Assembly: GCA_030264375.1 (NCBI GenBank) | Contig: JASCQW010000162.1 | Location: 25,779,505-25,843,504, forward strand | Origin: Carcharhinus longimanus | Taxonomy: Eukaryota | Direction: 5' to 3' | Length of the DNA stretch: 64,000 bases | Shown: positions 12,208 to 25,200 of the stretch, one piece after another | How the letters are laid out: each line of letters opens with the position of its first letter | Numbering within the stretch: position 1 is the stretch's first letter | Notes under the pieces: generated by a model | What the model was told of the DNA's origin: nothing | What the model saw: the letters and a program-made list of their open reading frames with translations, nothing else | The model's database searches: none | Position numbers and translations under genes: made by a program

Positions 12208-12562
12208 TGGCCCCTTTTAAGGTCAAACCAAATAAACAAACTCAAGTTAAATCAGGACAAAGTAAAAGGGGCAGCTCCCCAAAAGGAGGGGGAACAGCTT
12301 GAACAAAATCAAAGTACAAAGGAAACTTGAAAATATCAAATTAAAATGTGATTATTAGGGTTGATAATGCACCCCAGCCCCTGCGGTACCCAATGGGCAT
12401 GGAAGGTGTCAACTGCGCCCGCAGACACTGCAAGCTCCCTCTCCAGGGACACCTGGCCGTGAACGTAGCCACGGTAGATGGGCAGACAATTGGGATGGAT
12501 AGCTCCCTCGATTGCCTGCTGCCTGGACCTGAGCTTTCCCCATTTGGATGCAAGGCCAACTT
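12208..12562 (-). mobile_element. Tx1-clade LINE 3' fragment (copy 2)
   Basis: Minus strand encodes CLPIYRGYVHGQVSLERELAVSAGAVDTFHAHWVPQGLGCIINPNNHILI*, resembling the Tx1 ORF2 C-terminus, followed by a 3'UTR. Confidence 0.72.
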
Positions 12563-12689
12563 ATTTTACTTCAAAAATTGTCATTGTATCCGACTGAAAG
12601 AACACAGTAAGCAGGTGCTGGAACAGATATGGTGTCTGGTTTTACATGCTGTTGACCATTAGTCTTTACTTGCCCTTGGAAGAGGAGAC

Positions 12690-13270
12690 AGAGAGAGAGC
12701 CCTGCTAGTAGGACAGCTCTGGCCGTCTGTCAGGTGGAGACTGAGTGTCTTCTGAGAGAGTGAGTGGGTTGATGAAGGAGATGTTGACACCCCCCCCCTT
12801 TGGTGTCTGACTCCAGGCTCTCTTGTCTGTACAAATTCTAGAAACACATCCCAGCCTCCCCTGCGCTTCCAATATGGAGGAGCTGACGGTGGAAGTGCGC
12901 GGCTCCAACGGAGCATTTTACAAGGTAAACCCCTCCCCGCCCTCGGAGCCTCGCCTTCTAGCTTTGGTTGGGCTTTTCTTGCAAAAAGAAGCAGAGAAAA
13001 GAAAAGTGGGGTGTGTTGCGATCGCTTTTAAAATCGGGCAGGGGGACCACGAGTTGTCGAGCGTGCGAGGCGGAGCGGCGCGGCGCGGCTTTGGTGGGCG
13101 CTATAACCTGGTGTGATCGCTGTCGAAGCCGCAGGCCTGGCTGGGGAGAGAGTCACTAGGCCCTACTCTCCCATTTCATTACCACCTTTATCTTTACTCC
13201 GTCAAGTTTCCTTTCACTTTTGAAATAGTTTCCTTGCCATAAAGAGTCGACGCGGAGAGTGTGTGCGGAG
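12690..13270 (+). promoter_or_regulatory. CpG-rich FXR1 5'UTR, exon 1 and start of intron 1
   Basis: High CpG density (e.g. gcgaggcggagcggcgcggcgcggc) against a CpG-depleted background, surrounding the start codon; GC box ccccgcc at about 12935. Confidence 0.75.
12874..12924 (+). CDS. FXR1: FXR1 exon 1 (coding part)
   Basis: ttccaatATGG start context; [17 protein letters not shown]; donor AAG|gtaaac. Confidence 0.97.
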
Positions 13271-16200
13271 AGATATTGTTTTTTAAAAATTAAAATCGTT
13301 TAACGGATGTTTCCAAAAAAACAATGAAATAACTACTTTTGACGATTCTCAACCCGTTTTGTGCACGTTGCCTCTCCTACCCTTTGTGTATAAAAATACA
13401 TGTGTATTTTTTTAAAAAAACCTTCTCATCTAGCAACTATTTCAAGTACGTCATTCGAGTACATAACTCACCGGCTGTTACTTGTCTGTCATGTTTTATC
13501 AAGTTTAGAAAAGCACTTGGAGTCTAGTTTCAAGTTATTTTTAAAGCGGGGACGCATGTTGGAGCCTCTTTGATTAAGGCATGTTATTTTTGCCATAAAA
13601 GTGCATCGGAAAGTTAAAGTGACGGGAGATCTAGGCGTGGTACTTTAGAAAGGGATTGCCTGATGTGCGTGTGAATCAGATATAATAATTACATAAATGG
13701 CATGTAAGTTTGTTTCCTTAGTGGCGAAAATGCGTCAAAAAATTGTGCCTCCCCAGTTTATTGGATTTCGAATTTTTTTGACGTGTTTCAAACGTCAACT
13801 GTCTTAAGCACAATGCATCTTCAGATCTATTGAATTTGAACGCAGTGAAACACATGGAGTGTGGAACTGGGGGAGGGCGGAACTAAATGACTTAGTTATT
13901 CTATTTTATATAATATAAAATAATGTAATCGTGAATAATCTTCGGGTGGAATATGTTTGCTTTTCACAGCTGCTTTGAATAAAAACGTTCTTCAAAGTTT
14001 TAAATACCGGATGTTAGCGATGACAGATAACAAGGATTTTGTGAATGAAAAGGGTCGGATAAAGTTTTAACTTGGCTTCTGGGATAGTTGACCCTTTCTG
14101 TTGACTTTTCTGTGCGTTCTGGATTATCTCTGTACTTTTGTATTTTGGATGTTTCAATTTGGTCTGTAACAGTCATTTCACATCACAGTTTCTTTCAAAT
14201 ATCGGATAACTGTTATGATATTGGTTTATGACCCTTAAGCTGTACATTCTTTGATTTTCTGTTTTTTGTGAAGTTTACGTTTTGTTGAAAAGCACAAAGA
14301 TCACGACAATAGCAAATGGTACAACACATTCAACATTTTGCCTCACATGAGCATTATGACACTAAGCCATGTAAGGAGAAGTTGGGTCCAAAAACTTGGT
14401 CAGAAGTAGGTTTTAAGGAACATCTTAAATGAGAAAAATTAGGTCGAGAGGCAAAAGTGTGGGGAGGGAATTCCAGAGCTTTAAAGCTGGACAACTTAAG
14501 GCAAACCATCAGTAGTGGAGCACTGATAATTGGAAATACACAAAAAGAGGCCAGAAAATTAGAATAGTGCAGGCATCTTAGAGAGATGTGGGGCTGGAGG
14601 AGATTGGAGATATGGCAAGGTGAATTTGAAAACAAGGCTGCAAATTTTAAAGTCAAAATGTTATTTTACTACCACTTTAGAAAAAGAATTTGAAGCATTC
14701 CTCAAGTTTTCTAAAGTGTCACTTTTCTTACTATAAAGACAGTAATTGTGTAAATCATTTTGCACTGAAATGGTCCACAAGCAGTAATGTGATACATGAC
14801 CAGTTAATTTGTTTTTGGTCGAGGGGAATGTTGAATTGCTCATCACTAAAGTTTTCAGTTTTTTGACTGTTACCACGAGTACCTTGACATCTCCGAGACA
14901 AGCAGCAGAGACCTCGGCTTAATGACTTTTCCAATGATGGTATCTCCAGCAATTTGCATTTGCTCCAGAGTATCAACCTAAGGAACAATTTAGTTGACCT
15001 CGTGCAACAGGGTATCAAAAATGAGTAAATTTGTAGATCAGTCATAGCATGTCATTAAATGTTGAAGCTTTTCAAACTTATCTGTTTGAACGTCACCTTC
15101 AAAGTATTTTTGCCTGTGGTAAAGATTATAAAATATTGATATGACTTGATGATTTTCAAATTTCAATTTATTAGAAATTGTTCCTGATTTAGCAAAATAA
15201 ATCTTTAGTGTAGGACTTAAGTAGGGGTATGATGAAAATATCTGCTATTAAGCTGAAGCCCTGTATATCCTCTCGGTTGCACATTAAAGATCAAAGAGCA
15301 GGGGAGTTCCTGCTGTCCTGGCCCATATTTATCCCATGTCTAACCATTGGCAGCACTGTAGTGGGAGTGACCCCAACGCACAGTCCTATAGAGGATACAT
15401 CCCATCTTCAAATGCTCCATTCTGCTGTGGGGCACTATCACTGTACCAAATGGAACAGCTTAAGACCAGTTCAGTGGCTCAAAGCTGAGTATTCATGAAG
15501 CTGATGGTCATCAGCAATTTGGAATTGTTTTATCATACCTTGACCATCAAACTAGTTGACCAATCCTGGTTCAATAAGATGCAGAAGAACATGATAGAGC
15601 AGAACAGAGTGCACCTGAAATGAGTTGTTCAACTGAAAAAGCAGTGGCACCAGACTACATACTTAATAGTGAAAGCTACATGCTATCGACAGTGAAGTGA
15701 TTACATAACCAGTGAATTAGACCTGCTGCATCCAGTTGTGGTTAATAACTAATTAACAGGAAGATGTGACTCCATGAATCTTTCATTTGCAACAATGAAA
15801 AAGCCCAGCATTTTTGTGCAAAAACATGGCTAAAATATTTGTAGCCAGCTGCAGCCAGAAATGAAGAGTGGATGGTCCTTCACAGACTCTTACTGGCTTG
15901 TCCACTATCAGAGATGCCAGTCTTCAGCCATTTTGAGTCACAGTTAAGACATCAAAATGGCTCTAGTACCTTGGAAATAACAGCAAAGCCTCCATCACAG
16001 TGCCATTGGTCTGTGCTCCAAATGTAGCCACACCTTGAGAAAAGTTGCTGGGAGTGCTGCACAACTTAACCAAACAATTGGAAAATTGCCTGGGTATAAT
16101 CGATCTGTTGAAACATATCTGATCTGTCCAAATCACAGTGAAGTATTAGAGCAGATAAACAAAAGTTTGGTCAAAGAGGTTGGTGTTAAGAAATGTCTAA

Positions 16201-19200
16201 AAGTAGGAAAGATAGGTTTAGAGAATGAATCTCCAAATTTCAGGCCAGGGCAGCTGGAGACATGTTCACTAATGTGGAGCAATTAAAATTGGAGATGCTT
16301 AAGGGGCCAAAATTATGAGTGTAGATGTCTTCAAGGGTTGTTGGGCTGGAAGTGATTAGAGAGATAGGGAGGACTGAGCGCATACAGGATTCTGAAAACA
16401 AGGATTTTAAAAATCAAGACATCGCTCAACAAGAGCAAAGAAAATGATGGATGAACAGGAATTAGCATGACTAAGGACATAAGCAGCAAAGTTTTCAAGA
16501 CCTCTACTTTTTTGCAAGGAAGCTAGCCAGGAGTGTGGTGAAGTGTTTCATTCTAAGCTAAGAAAGGCATGGGGTTTGAGGGTTTTAACAGCAGATGAAC
16601 TGAGGTGGGGTAGAATTGGCAAATTCTAAGTAGGTTCATATAGGTGGTCTTAGTGATGTAATTGAATGCTCATCTCTGGGAAAGTATGTTGCCAAGGTTG
16701 TGAACCTGCTGGTGTATGCTCTGATAGTTGCTGGGGAAAGAGATGTGAGTTGGTGTCTAGGAAGCAGAGTTTATATTGGGTATTGAAGATTGTGACTTTA
16801 TTCTTCCCAGTATTTAATTGAAAAATTTCTGGCCATCTAATACTGGATCTTGAACAAACAATCTGTTAATTTAGTGATAGTGGAGGAGTTGAGAGTTGGT
16901 GGTGAGGTACAGCTGGGTATCAGTGTAGAAGCAGGCCAAGAATAGGTCTTTGGAGGCATTAAAGATAATGGTATAGTAGAGGATGAGAAGCCATTGCAGC
17001 TGAAAACTTGGCATTAATTAACTAAGAAAGAAGTTCGATGTCAGTTCAACTGGTGGAGGCGCAGAGTAGGAATGGGGGTGGAGAGTGATACAAGGAAGTG
17101 CTTGGAGATGGTTTTAGCTTTGATACAATGGGTAGAGAGATCATATGAGTTAGTTTGGTTAAGAGAGTGGCCCAGAATGCGTTGGTGAGTTTGTGTAGGT
17201 AAACATTTAAGGGAGAATAAGAGGGCTGTGAACTTGGAAAAAAATGTTGAATTGAGATGGAAATTGAAATCACTGCGAGTCAGAATTTGCTTAATATAGT
17301 AGCTAAGGGAAGAAGTGAAGATATCTCGGTGATAAAATTTTTATGGTATTTGAATGGGTTTTTAGAGAACAAAGATTTTAAATGAGGGATGGGACAAGAT
17401 GAGTTTCAAAGTAGGAGTAAGGAACAAAGATGTGATTTGATGGTGAGCGCCACACTACCATGTGATGGTTTTTTGAGCAAGTAATGGAAGCCATACTGGG
17501 GGTGGGGGTGTATATGTATGTGGTGGCAGATGGGAGGTTTCATTTTGGGGGGGAGCAGCCATCACAGCCTCAGCAAGGTCTCCATCAAGATCTTGAGGCA
17601 ATTGTTTTTATTCTTTCAAGCAGTCTGGGTGACAGTGGTAAAAACAATATTTGTTGCCCATCCCTAATTACCACAACTGAGTAGCTTGCTGTGCCATTTC
17701 AGAGGGCAGTTAAGTGTCAACCACATTGTTGTGGGTCTGGAGTCACATTTAGCCCAGACCTGGTAAGGATGGCAGATTTTCTTCTAAAGGACTTTGGTAA
17801 ACTTTGTGTTTTTTAAAATAGCATCTGGAAGTTTCATGGTCGCAGTCACTGCAACTAGCTTTCATAGAACACTACAGCACAAACAGGCCCTTCGGCCCAC
17901 AAGTTGCGCCAATCACATCTATACCTACTAAGCCATAGANNNNNNNNNNNNNNNNNNNNNNNNNNNNNNNNNNNNNNNNNNNNNNNNNNNNNNNNNNNNN
18001 NNNNNNNNNNNNNNNNNNNNNNNNNNNNNNNNNNNNNNNNNNNNNNNNNNNNNNNNNNNNNNNNNNNNNNNNNNNNNNNNNNNNNNNNNNNNNNNNNNNN
18101 NNNNNNNNNNNNNNNNNNNNNNNNNNNNNNNNNNNNNNNNNNNNNNNNNNNNNNNNNNNNNNNNNNNNNNNNNNNNNNNNNNNNNNNNNNNNNNNNNNNN
18201 NNNNNNNNNNNNNNNNNNNNNNNNNNNNNNNNNNNNNNNNNNNNNNNNNNNNNNNNNNNNNNNNNNNNNNNNNNNNNNNNNNNNNNNNNNNNNNNNNNNN
18301 NNNNAAGGTCAAAAAGTATCGAAGGGTTGGTGTGGAGATTTGGGAGGCAGAGTACCTAAGGAGGGGAGAAACGAAGGGAGGCATAATAGGGACAGAAGAA
18401 AGAGAAATCAATTGGAAATGGAAGTGATGGTTTTGGAGCATCAGGCAAAATACATGTGGTTACAGACATAGAGAAACTCAAGTTACGTAGGCTTGGTTAG
18501 CAGTCCTTACTTCCAGCTAAATCTGAGGTAATATTTTACAATGAAAGTACTTCCTTAGTTTTTAATTGATGAGATGCAGTATCTAAACTTTGGATCTGAT
18601 CTTCAGGTTTAAAATGCTGTTTTGGGTTTTGCACAATTATACAGAACAGTTGTTTGTCTACTTAGACTTGGCAGTAGTTCTTAGGACCCCTGAACTTGAC
18701 AGTAAAATTATTTAAGTTTAATTGTTGTATTAATCTTGGGAAATCTGAAGGATGACATGTATACTGCAATTTACAAAGATGATGTTTCTCTTCTGATCCT
18801 AACCTACAATATTACGCCAAACATGAGAATTGAGCATAGTCATATTGCATGCAAGGTAACTTCCTAAAATTTCACTCCCATGTTGTAGAAGATGAGCATT
18901 AATATGACAAAGCGTTCATCCATCAAAATACTTAACTTTTGTATCAGCTAGTACCAACAAATATACTTTGTCCCTTTTTTCCAATTTCAGCTTGTGTGCA
19001 ATTGCTCCTTCGACACCAGGAATTTAAATAGCAGCACTCTCTCCTGACTTCATTCCTAACTCTTGTTGCTATGGTCAACAATTTGTCTCTAATATTAAAT
19101 TGATAGTGACAACAAGATTGAGAGAAAAGGCTCTAATTTAAATATTGGAATAGAGCAATATTGGATAAGCAGAGCAAAGCAATAAGGATATGAATGAGTG

Positions 19201-22200
19201 TTGGAGGACTCATTGTCCTTGATGAAATTGCTTTTCTAAATGGAAATCCTGAAGGAAGATATAATCTATGCAAGGAATGATTCAAGATTTTAGCTTCAAG
19301 TAGGGTCAGATATCCTTCCATCCTACAAGGATGTATAAATGTCTAGTACAGATATATTTGAAAGCCTTAAGGTTTCACCATCGTGAGCTATCAGAATTTT
19401 TATCCTTGGTTTACAAAACTTAGTAATTAGGAAATAGGATAGGTCATGGTGGGAGATGGGAGGTTGCGCTTATCACTGAAACGCAAAAGTGAACAAAGTT
19501 AAATAGGTATGAATCAAGTTGGATTGGCAATTCAGTATTGAATTTTAAAGTTGTTTCAATGGGATGTTCTAAGATGGGCAGAAGTGGAGAGTAATTTAGA
19601 TCGTAAAGTAATGCTCAATGTCGTGGGCCTTGTTTTGGTATGATAGCACTTTGACAAACCATCTCGCCTAATCTTTGCTATAAATATATTAAGGGTAGAG
19701 ATAGAATAGAGCAGATTGAAGGTTTTCTAATCATTTTATACCAAATGAAACCATATTTATTAAGTTGGCATTAGGGAATTCACAAGCGTTTTAAATTAAC
19801 AAATCTTACCAGTGCTTTTTAAAGGAAGGCCTGAATTTTCTGAGGAGCATCAATCATCATCTGATTGCCACTCCACTCTCTTACTAATTTGTGTCATGCT
19901 GGAGCTCCACGTTTGTGAAATGCGGAGCATATTTTCAATGTAACTGTTTCCCTGTAACACTGTTGGTGAAGACAGGCATTGCTCCCTTTTTCTTTTGAAC
20001 AGGAGATTAAGGATCATAGAATCCCTACAGTGCAGAAGGAGGTCATTTGGCCCATCGAGTCTGCACCGACTACAGTCCCACCCAGGGCCTATCCTGTAAT
20101 CCTGAATAGTCACCCTGGTAATCCTTCCAACCTGTGCATTTCGGGACTCCAAGGGGCAATTTGCCATGGCCAATGCATTTAACCTGCACGTTTTTGGACT
20201 AAGGGAGGAAAACGGAGCACCCGGAGGAAAGCTGCACAGACTCGGAGAACATGCAGAATCCACACAGACGGTGACCCAAGCTGGGCATTGAACCCAAGTC
20301 CCTGGAGCTGTGAGGCAGCAGAGCTAACCACTGTGCCACCATGGAATTTTTGGGCATTCCAATCCAGAGTCTGGAAGATCTGGGCCAAAGTTTTTCTTCT
20401 TCACTTCTTGTAAAATAGCCTGAGGAACAAGAAATAATAGAATACACCGGAATGTGTAATCCAACAACAGCTAGTTGTATTTATATCGTGCTTTTAGCAT
20501 TATATGACCATGGCAGTCCACAGGTGAATTATAAAGCAAAATGGTACCAAGCCACAAAAGGTGACTTGTTTGAAGAGGTAGGTTTTAAAAAGTGTCTTAT
20601 GGGAGGAAAGTGAGGTAGAAAGGGAGAGAGTTTGAAGGAGTAAATTTTAGGGCATAAAACCTAGGCAGCTGTTGGAGCAATTAAAATCAGGAATGCTCAA
20701 GACCAGAATTTGACGAGCTGTAATGTTTTGGAGGGTTGTGGGGCTGAAGCACATGAGAGATCAGGAGATGAGGCCATGGAGGGATTTCGAAACAGTGACA
20801 GAGCCTGTGCCTCGTAATGATTTTCCAGGGTCGTATAACCCATTTGCTGTCTAAATCCACTGAAGAAAGATACATTAGGCATGTTTATTTGCAAAAAGTA
20901 TTCCTTTAGCTATTTGCACATTTGTTCTCAAAATTAGAGCATGAATTTTTGATAAACTCTGTATCAAACTTGCTCTTGACTTTATTCGATTATGCTATTT
21001 ATGTTTGGTTGCAAGTCGCCTTTTCATCCTGGTAACGGAGCTTAGCTTTGTGATTGAACAAAAGTGTTGAAGTGGATTAAGAATGTGATACCAATGATGG
21101 AATTAACATCTCAGTACAAGAAATCACTAGCTTCTTGGGATCTAGCAATTCAGTTGACCATATTTTTCCACATACCTTTAAATGAGTTTTGATATGCAGA
21201 ATAATAACGCACTGTAAATTCCAGTTTTAAATTTTTTTGTAGGCATTCGTTAAAGATGTGTTTGAAGATTCACTTGCTGTTACCTTTGAGAACAAGTAAG
21301 TATTTTATACTCAAGGAATAACATTTTAAATATCTACATCTAAGAGCTGCTAGAAAACTTAGGTCTCTTAGGCCTGTTTGTTTTAATCGAAGTGCCTTGT
21401 ACGCACAAGTATAATTATTGCTTCTGAACGGGAGCCATCATTCTGTTACCTCTTTCTCTCTTTCTTTTCTTCCTCACCACAAGCACAGCTGACATTTTAT
21501 GGGATGGAATAATTACTTATTTGGTCCTTCTGCAACTTCTGCAAAATAGCTGTTTGCTTTTAATGTAAAGGCTAATTGTGTAACACCTTTTCATTAAAAA
21601 GTGACGTAGGGCAAGTTGTAAAATATTGTAATGTGTTTATAGGAACCTGTAAAATACATAATTTCATACATGTTAATGCCTTGGTCCTAAAAGAAGGAAA
21701 TTGTAGGATACTGTAATAGAAATCATATTTGTTTGAACTTTTTTTTGATTTAGAACTATTTTTCCTTTTCAATAGTTGGCAACCGGCACGTCGGATTCCT
21801 TTCTGTGATGTGCGATTACCACCCCCTTCTGATCTGAAAAAGGAGATTAGTGAAGGGGATGAGGTTGAGGTGAGTTCAAAATAATTGCAAAGGTACATAA
21901 ACCAATTCTAATAGCCTTCTATTTAAATTGTAAACAGTAGAAGTACTGTTTTATCTAAAAAATGCATTGTATCGTAAATTAGCTTTCAAATACTGATTTT
22001 TGGAAGCATCTAGCATAATTCAGCATTGTTTTACTTTAAATCGTGGTGTATTACAGTCTCTCTGAAGAACTGTTTTTAGCACTCTTTTTAATTCATGTTG
22101 AGTATCTTTAGTTTGTATATTTTGACAATGGCACCGTCTTGTGCAATATAGTCCAGATGTTTGTCACTATTCACCACTACAGTGGAATTTAACATTTGCA

Positions 22201-25200
22201 TGTAACTGTTGACAAGATCAGTTCTATCCACGAAGGACATGCTTATCCTAATTTTTAAAATACACCTGTTCACACCACTTTGTTTACACCCAGCTGGACT
22301 TTTTCCTTTCAAAAGTCCTTGGCTGCATCTTTTGAATTCAGTCTATTTCTATTGCCCCCCTCTCTCTTTTCTCCCTGCCTTCCAAAATAAAGTTTGACGT
22401 TTACTTTTACTGACATATAAATCTTTTATAATCTTTCTTCAGTACTGATGAAAGGTAATTGATCTGACATGTTAACTCAGTTTCCCTCCACAGATGCTGC
22501 ATGACCTGCTGAGTTTTCAGTCTTTTTCTTCTCTGATTTCCAGCATCCACAGTATTTTGCTTTTGTATAAACTTTTGAAATGACTATTTTGGAAACAAAT
22601 GCATATTTATGCTGCGCAAGAATGAATGCGGTAATGACATGTCATGTGTCTTTTTTTTTAGTCAGATATAATTTACCTGGATTGTCATTTTAGCTACATA
22701 TGACTAAAATATCAATCAGCACTGGCTCAGGATATTTTTATGCAAATGAATCCTTCTTATGGCTTCCATTATTTATACAATTATTGGGTATTGATCATTA
22801 TCAACAATTGTAAGTTATTGTGCTTTCACCTTTCTTGAATGCAGGAGTTGTGTTTTTCTTTGTCTGACAGAGTCCAATTGAGGTAATTGAAAATGCCTGG
22901 ATATTTCACAAATCTTTTTGCTTGACTTTCTTAGTACCCTGGAAGCAGTTTGTTCAGTTCAAGGAATTTACCCATTTTCAGGGCCTTACGTATATCTAGA
23001 ACTTTGTTTCATTTAAGTTTTGGCATGCATGATGCGTGCTTGATGTTGGATGATATTGTTGGTTTCTTAGTTTTAGGAATACTCCCAAAATGTTGGAATG
23101 CTCTAAATAGCACACGCTTCAGCTTTTTTCGTGTTTCAGCTGTACAGATCCTTAGGTTAGGCCACATTTGGAGTACTGAGTAGTTTTGAGAAGCACATCT
23201 TACAGAAACCTGTATTGGCTTTGGATGGACTGCAGTGTGAATGTATCTGGAATTGTTAAGGAGAGTTTAAAGAAACTAAGAACATAAGAACATAAGAAAT
23301 AGGAGCAAGAGTAGGCCATCTGGCCCTTCGAGCCTGCCCGCCATTCAATAAGATCATGGCTGATCTGTCGTGGCTCAGTTCCACATTCCCGCCCTCTCCN
23401 NNNNNNNNNNNNNNNNNNNNNNNNNNNNNNNNNNNNNNNNNNNNNNNNNNNNNNNNNNNNNNNNNNNNNNNNNNNNNNNNNNNNNNNNNNNNNNNNNNNA
23501 CCTCTATCCTATCCATCCCATTCATCATCTTATACGTCTCAATGAGATCTCCCCTCATTCTTCTGAACTCTAACGAATGTAACTAAGGTTACATTCCATT
23601 AAATTCAGAAGGTTAAGGGGTGATGTGATTTTTTTTAATGCTAATAGAAAGCATTGAGAGTAGATAGACAGAAACCATTGCTGCTGGTTGGTAAGTCTGA
23701 GACCAGAGGGCATTGTTTTTTTAAAAAAAATGGAGCCACACTTTTCAGGAGTGAATTTAGGAAATACTTCTACATACACAAGCTGCTGGAAGTTTGGAAC
23801 TTTCTTCTGCAATTGGCAAATGGTTTTTGATCAGTTAATTTAAAATTTGAGATCGATAGAATTTTATTGGCCGAAGGTATTAAGGGATATGAGCAAAGGC
23901 AGGTATATGGAGTTGGGTGGCCGATCAGCCGTGATCTCATTAAATGGTAGAATATTCTTGAGGGGCTAGATGGTTTACTCCTGCTGCTACATTCCTATTC
24001 AGCTGCTGCTTCTTGAGTTCTCTGCTAGAAGGCTAGTCTGACCCACATGGCCACAACTTTGACCACGGGTAGGGCAAGAAGGTAGATCCCAAATGCATCC
24101 CAGCCATAATGGGGATTGACACCAATCTGATCCACACAGGCATCCAGCCAACTGAGCCACTGGTCACTGAAGGTATCAGAGTTGCTGTGGCAATATACAT
24201 TTTATGCGTGTTGTGATCCTGGAGCTATGCATAGACAAGGCTCCAATTTCTTTCCATCAAGTGGCTTACCAGGAATTTCTCCTGCCTTTACTGCCTCCAT
24301 TGAAGTATTCTGGAAGCTCTTGCAAGTTAATACTCAAATCTGTTTGGCGGACTTGTGAATGTACCTTCCTTGGCCATCATGCCCTGTTGTGAAACTTGAA
24401 CCCAGAACTTCTGGCTCCGAGGCCGGGGCCTTATTCGCTGTCCCACAAAATCTCCCTTATGTCGCTGTCTTCTGTTTATCCTCATTTTCAATTGCATATG
24501 GGTCCTTCATCAGCCCTGACCACCCATCCCTGCCATCATACATTATGTTTTGCACCTCTGGTCTGGTCCTTATCTCTTAGCTACTTGTTTGGTACAATCT
24601 ATTTGACAAAATTGTGACCTCTTTAAAAATTTGTAATTCTTTCCTTTCTCCTGCTCCTTTTAATTTCCATTTAATCTATTCCAGAGATACAAGGTACCAT
24701 GTTTTCAGAGGATGTCTATTATGACTGACACACTCAAAATTTGTGTTGTCAAACTGAACTCTCTCATCAGTGTCATTTGAAGTTGTGTGCTGGTGTTTGT
24801 CTAAGTACTTGCTGTACTTCCCAAGTCACACTGAAAGTTTTCTATGGTTGGCTTTTTTTTAAACTTTCTGTATTCCTCAAATGGAAGTGCATGACAATCC
24901 TTACTGGTTGATGATAAATATGAGATCAGGCCTGGAATTATGCCTTATGGGCTTCCGAATGAAATGACACCCTCCCTCAATGGCAGTGGCATTCATAGAT
25001 CTAAAACCCCACTTTGTTTCTGAAGTACACAACTATATACAGTATCATTTCTCTAACTTGAAATACTAGCCATATCATTTCAACCTGATTGGATTTTGTT
25101 AATGATCAATAACTTGTACGTATAAGCTCTCCCCTTCTTTAAGGCTGATTGCTAATACTAGTGGAATTTGTGCATTGCTTAAGCTAAGGTCCTAAGTTCT

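Noticed and set aside
12823-12873. Apparent N-terminal extension of FXR1 in the ORF track
   Set aside because: It starts at a TTG; homology starts at ATG 12874, which has a good context.
17872-18441. Long ORFs spanning N-runs (also 60546-61161 and others)
   Set aside because: Artefacts of reading through assembly gaps.
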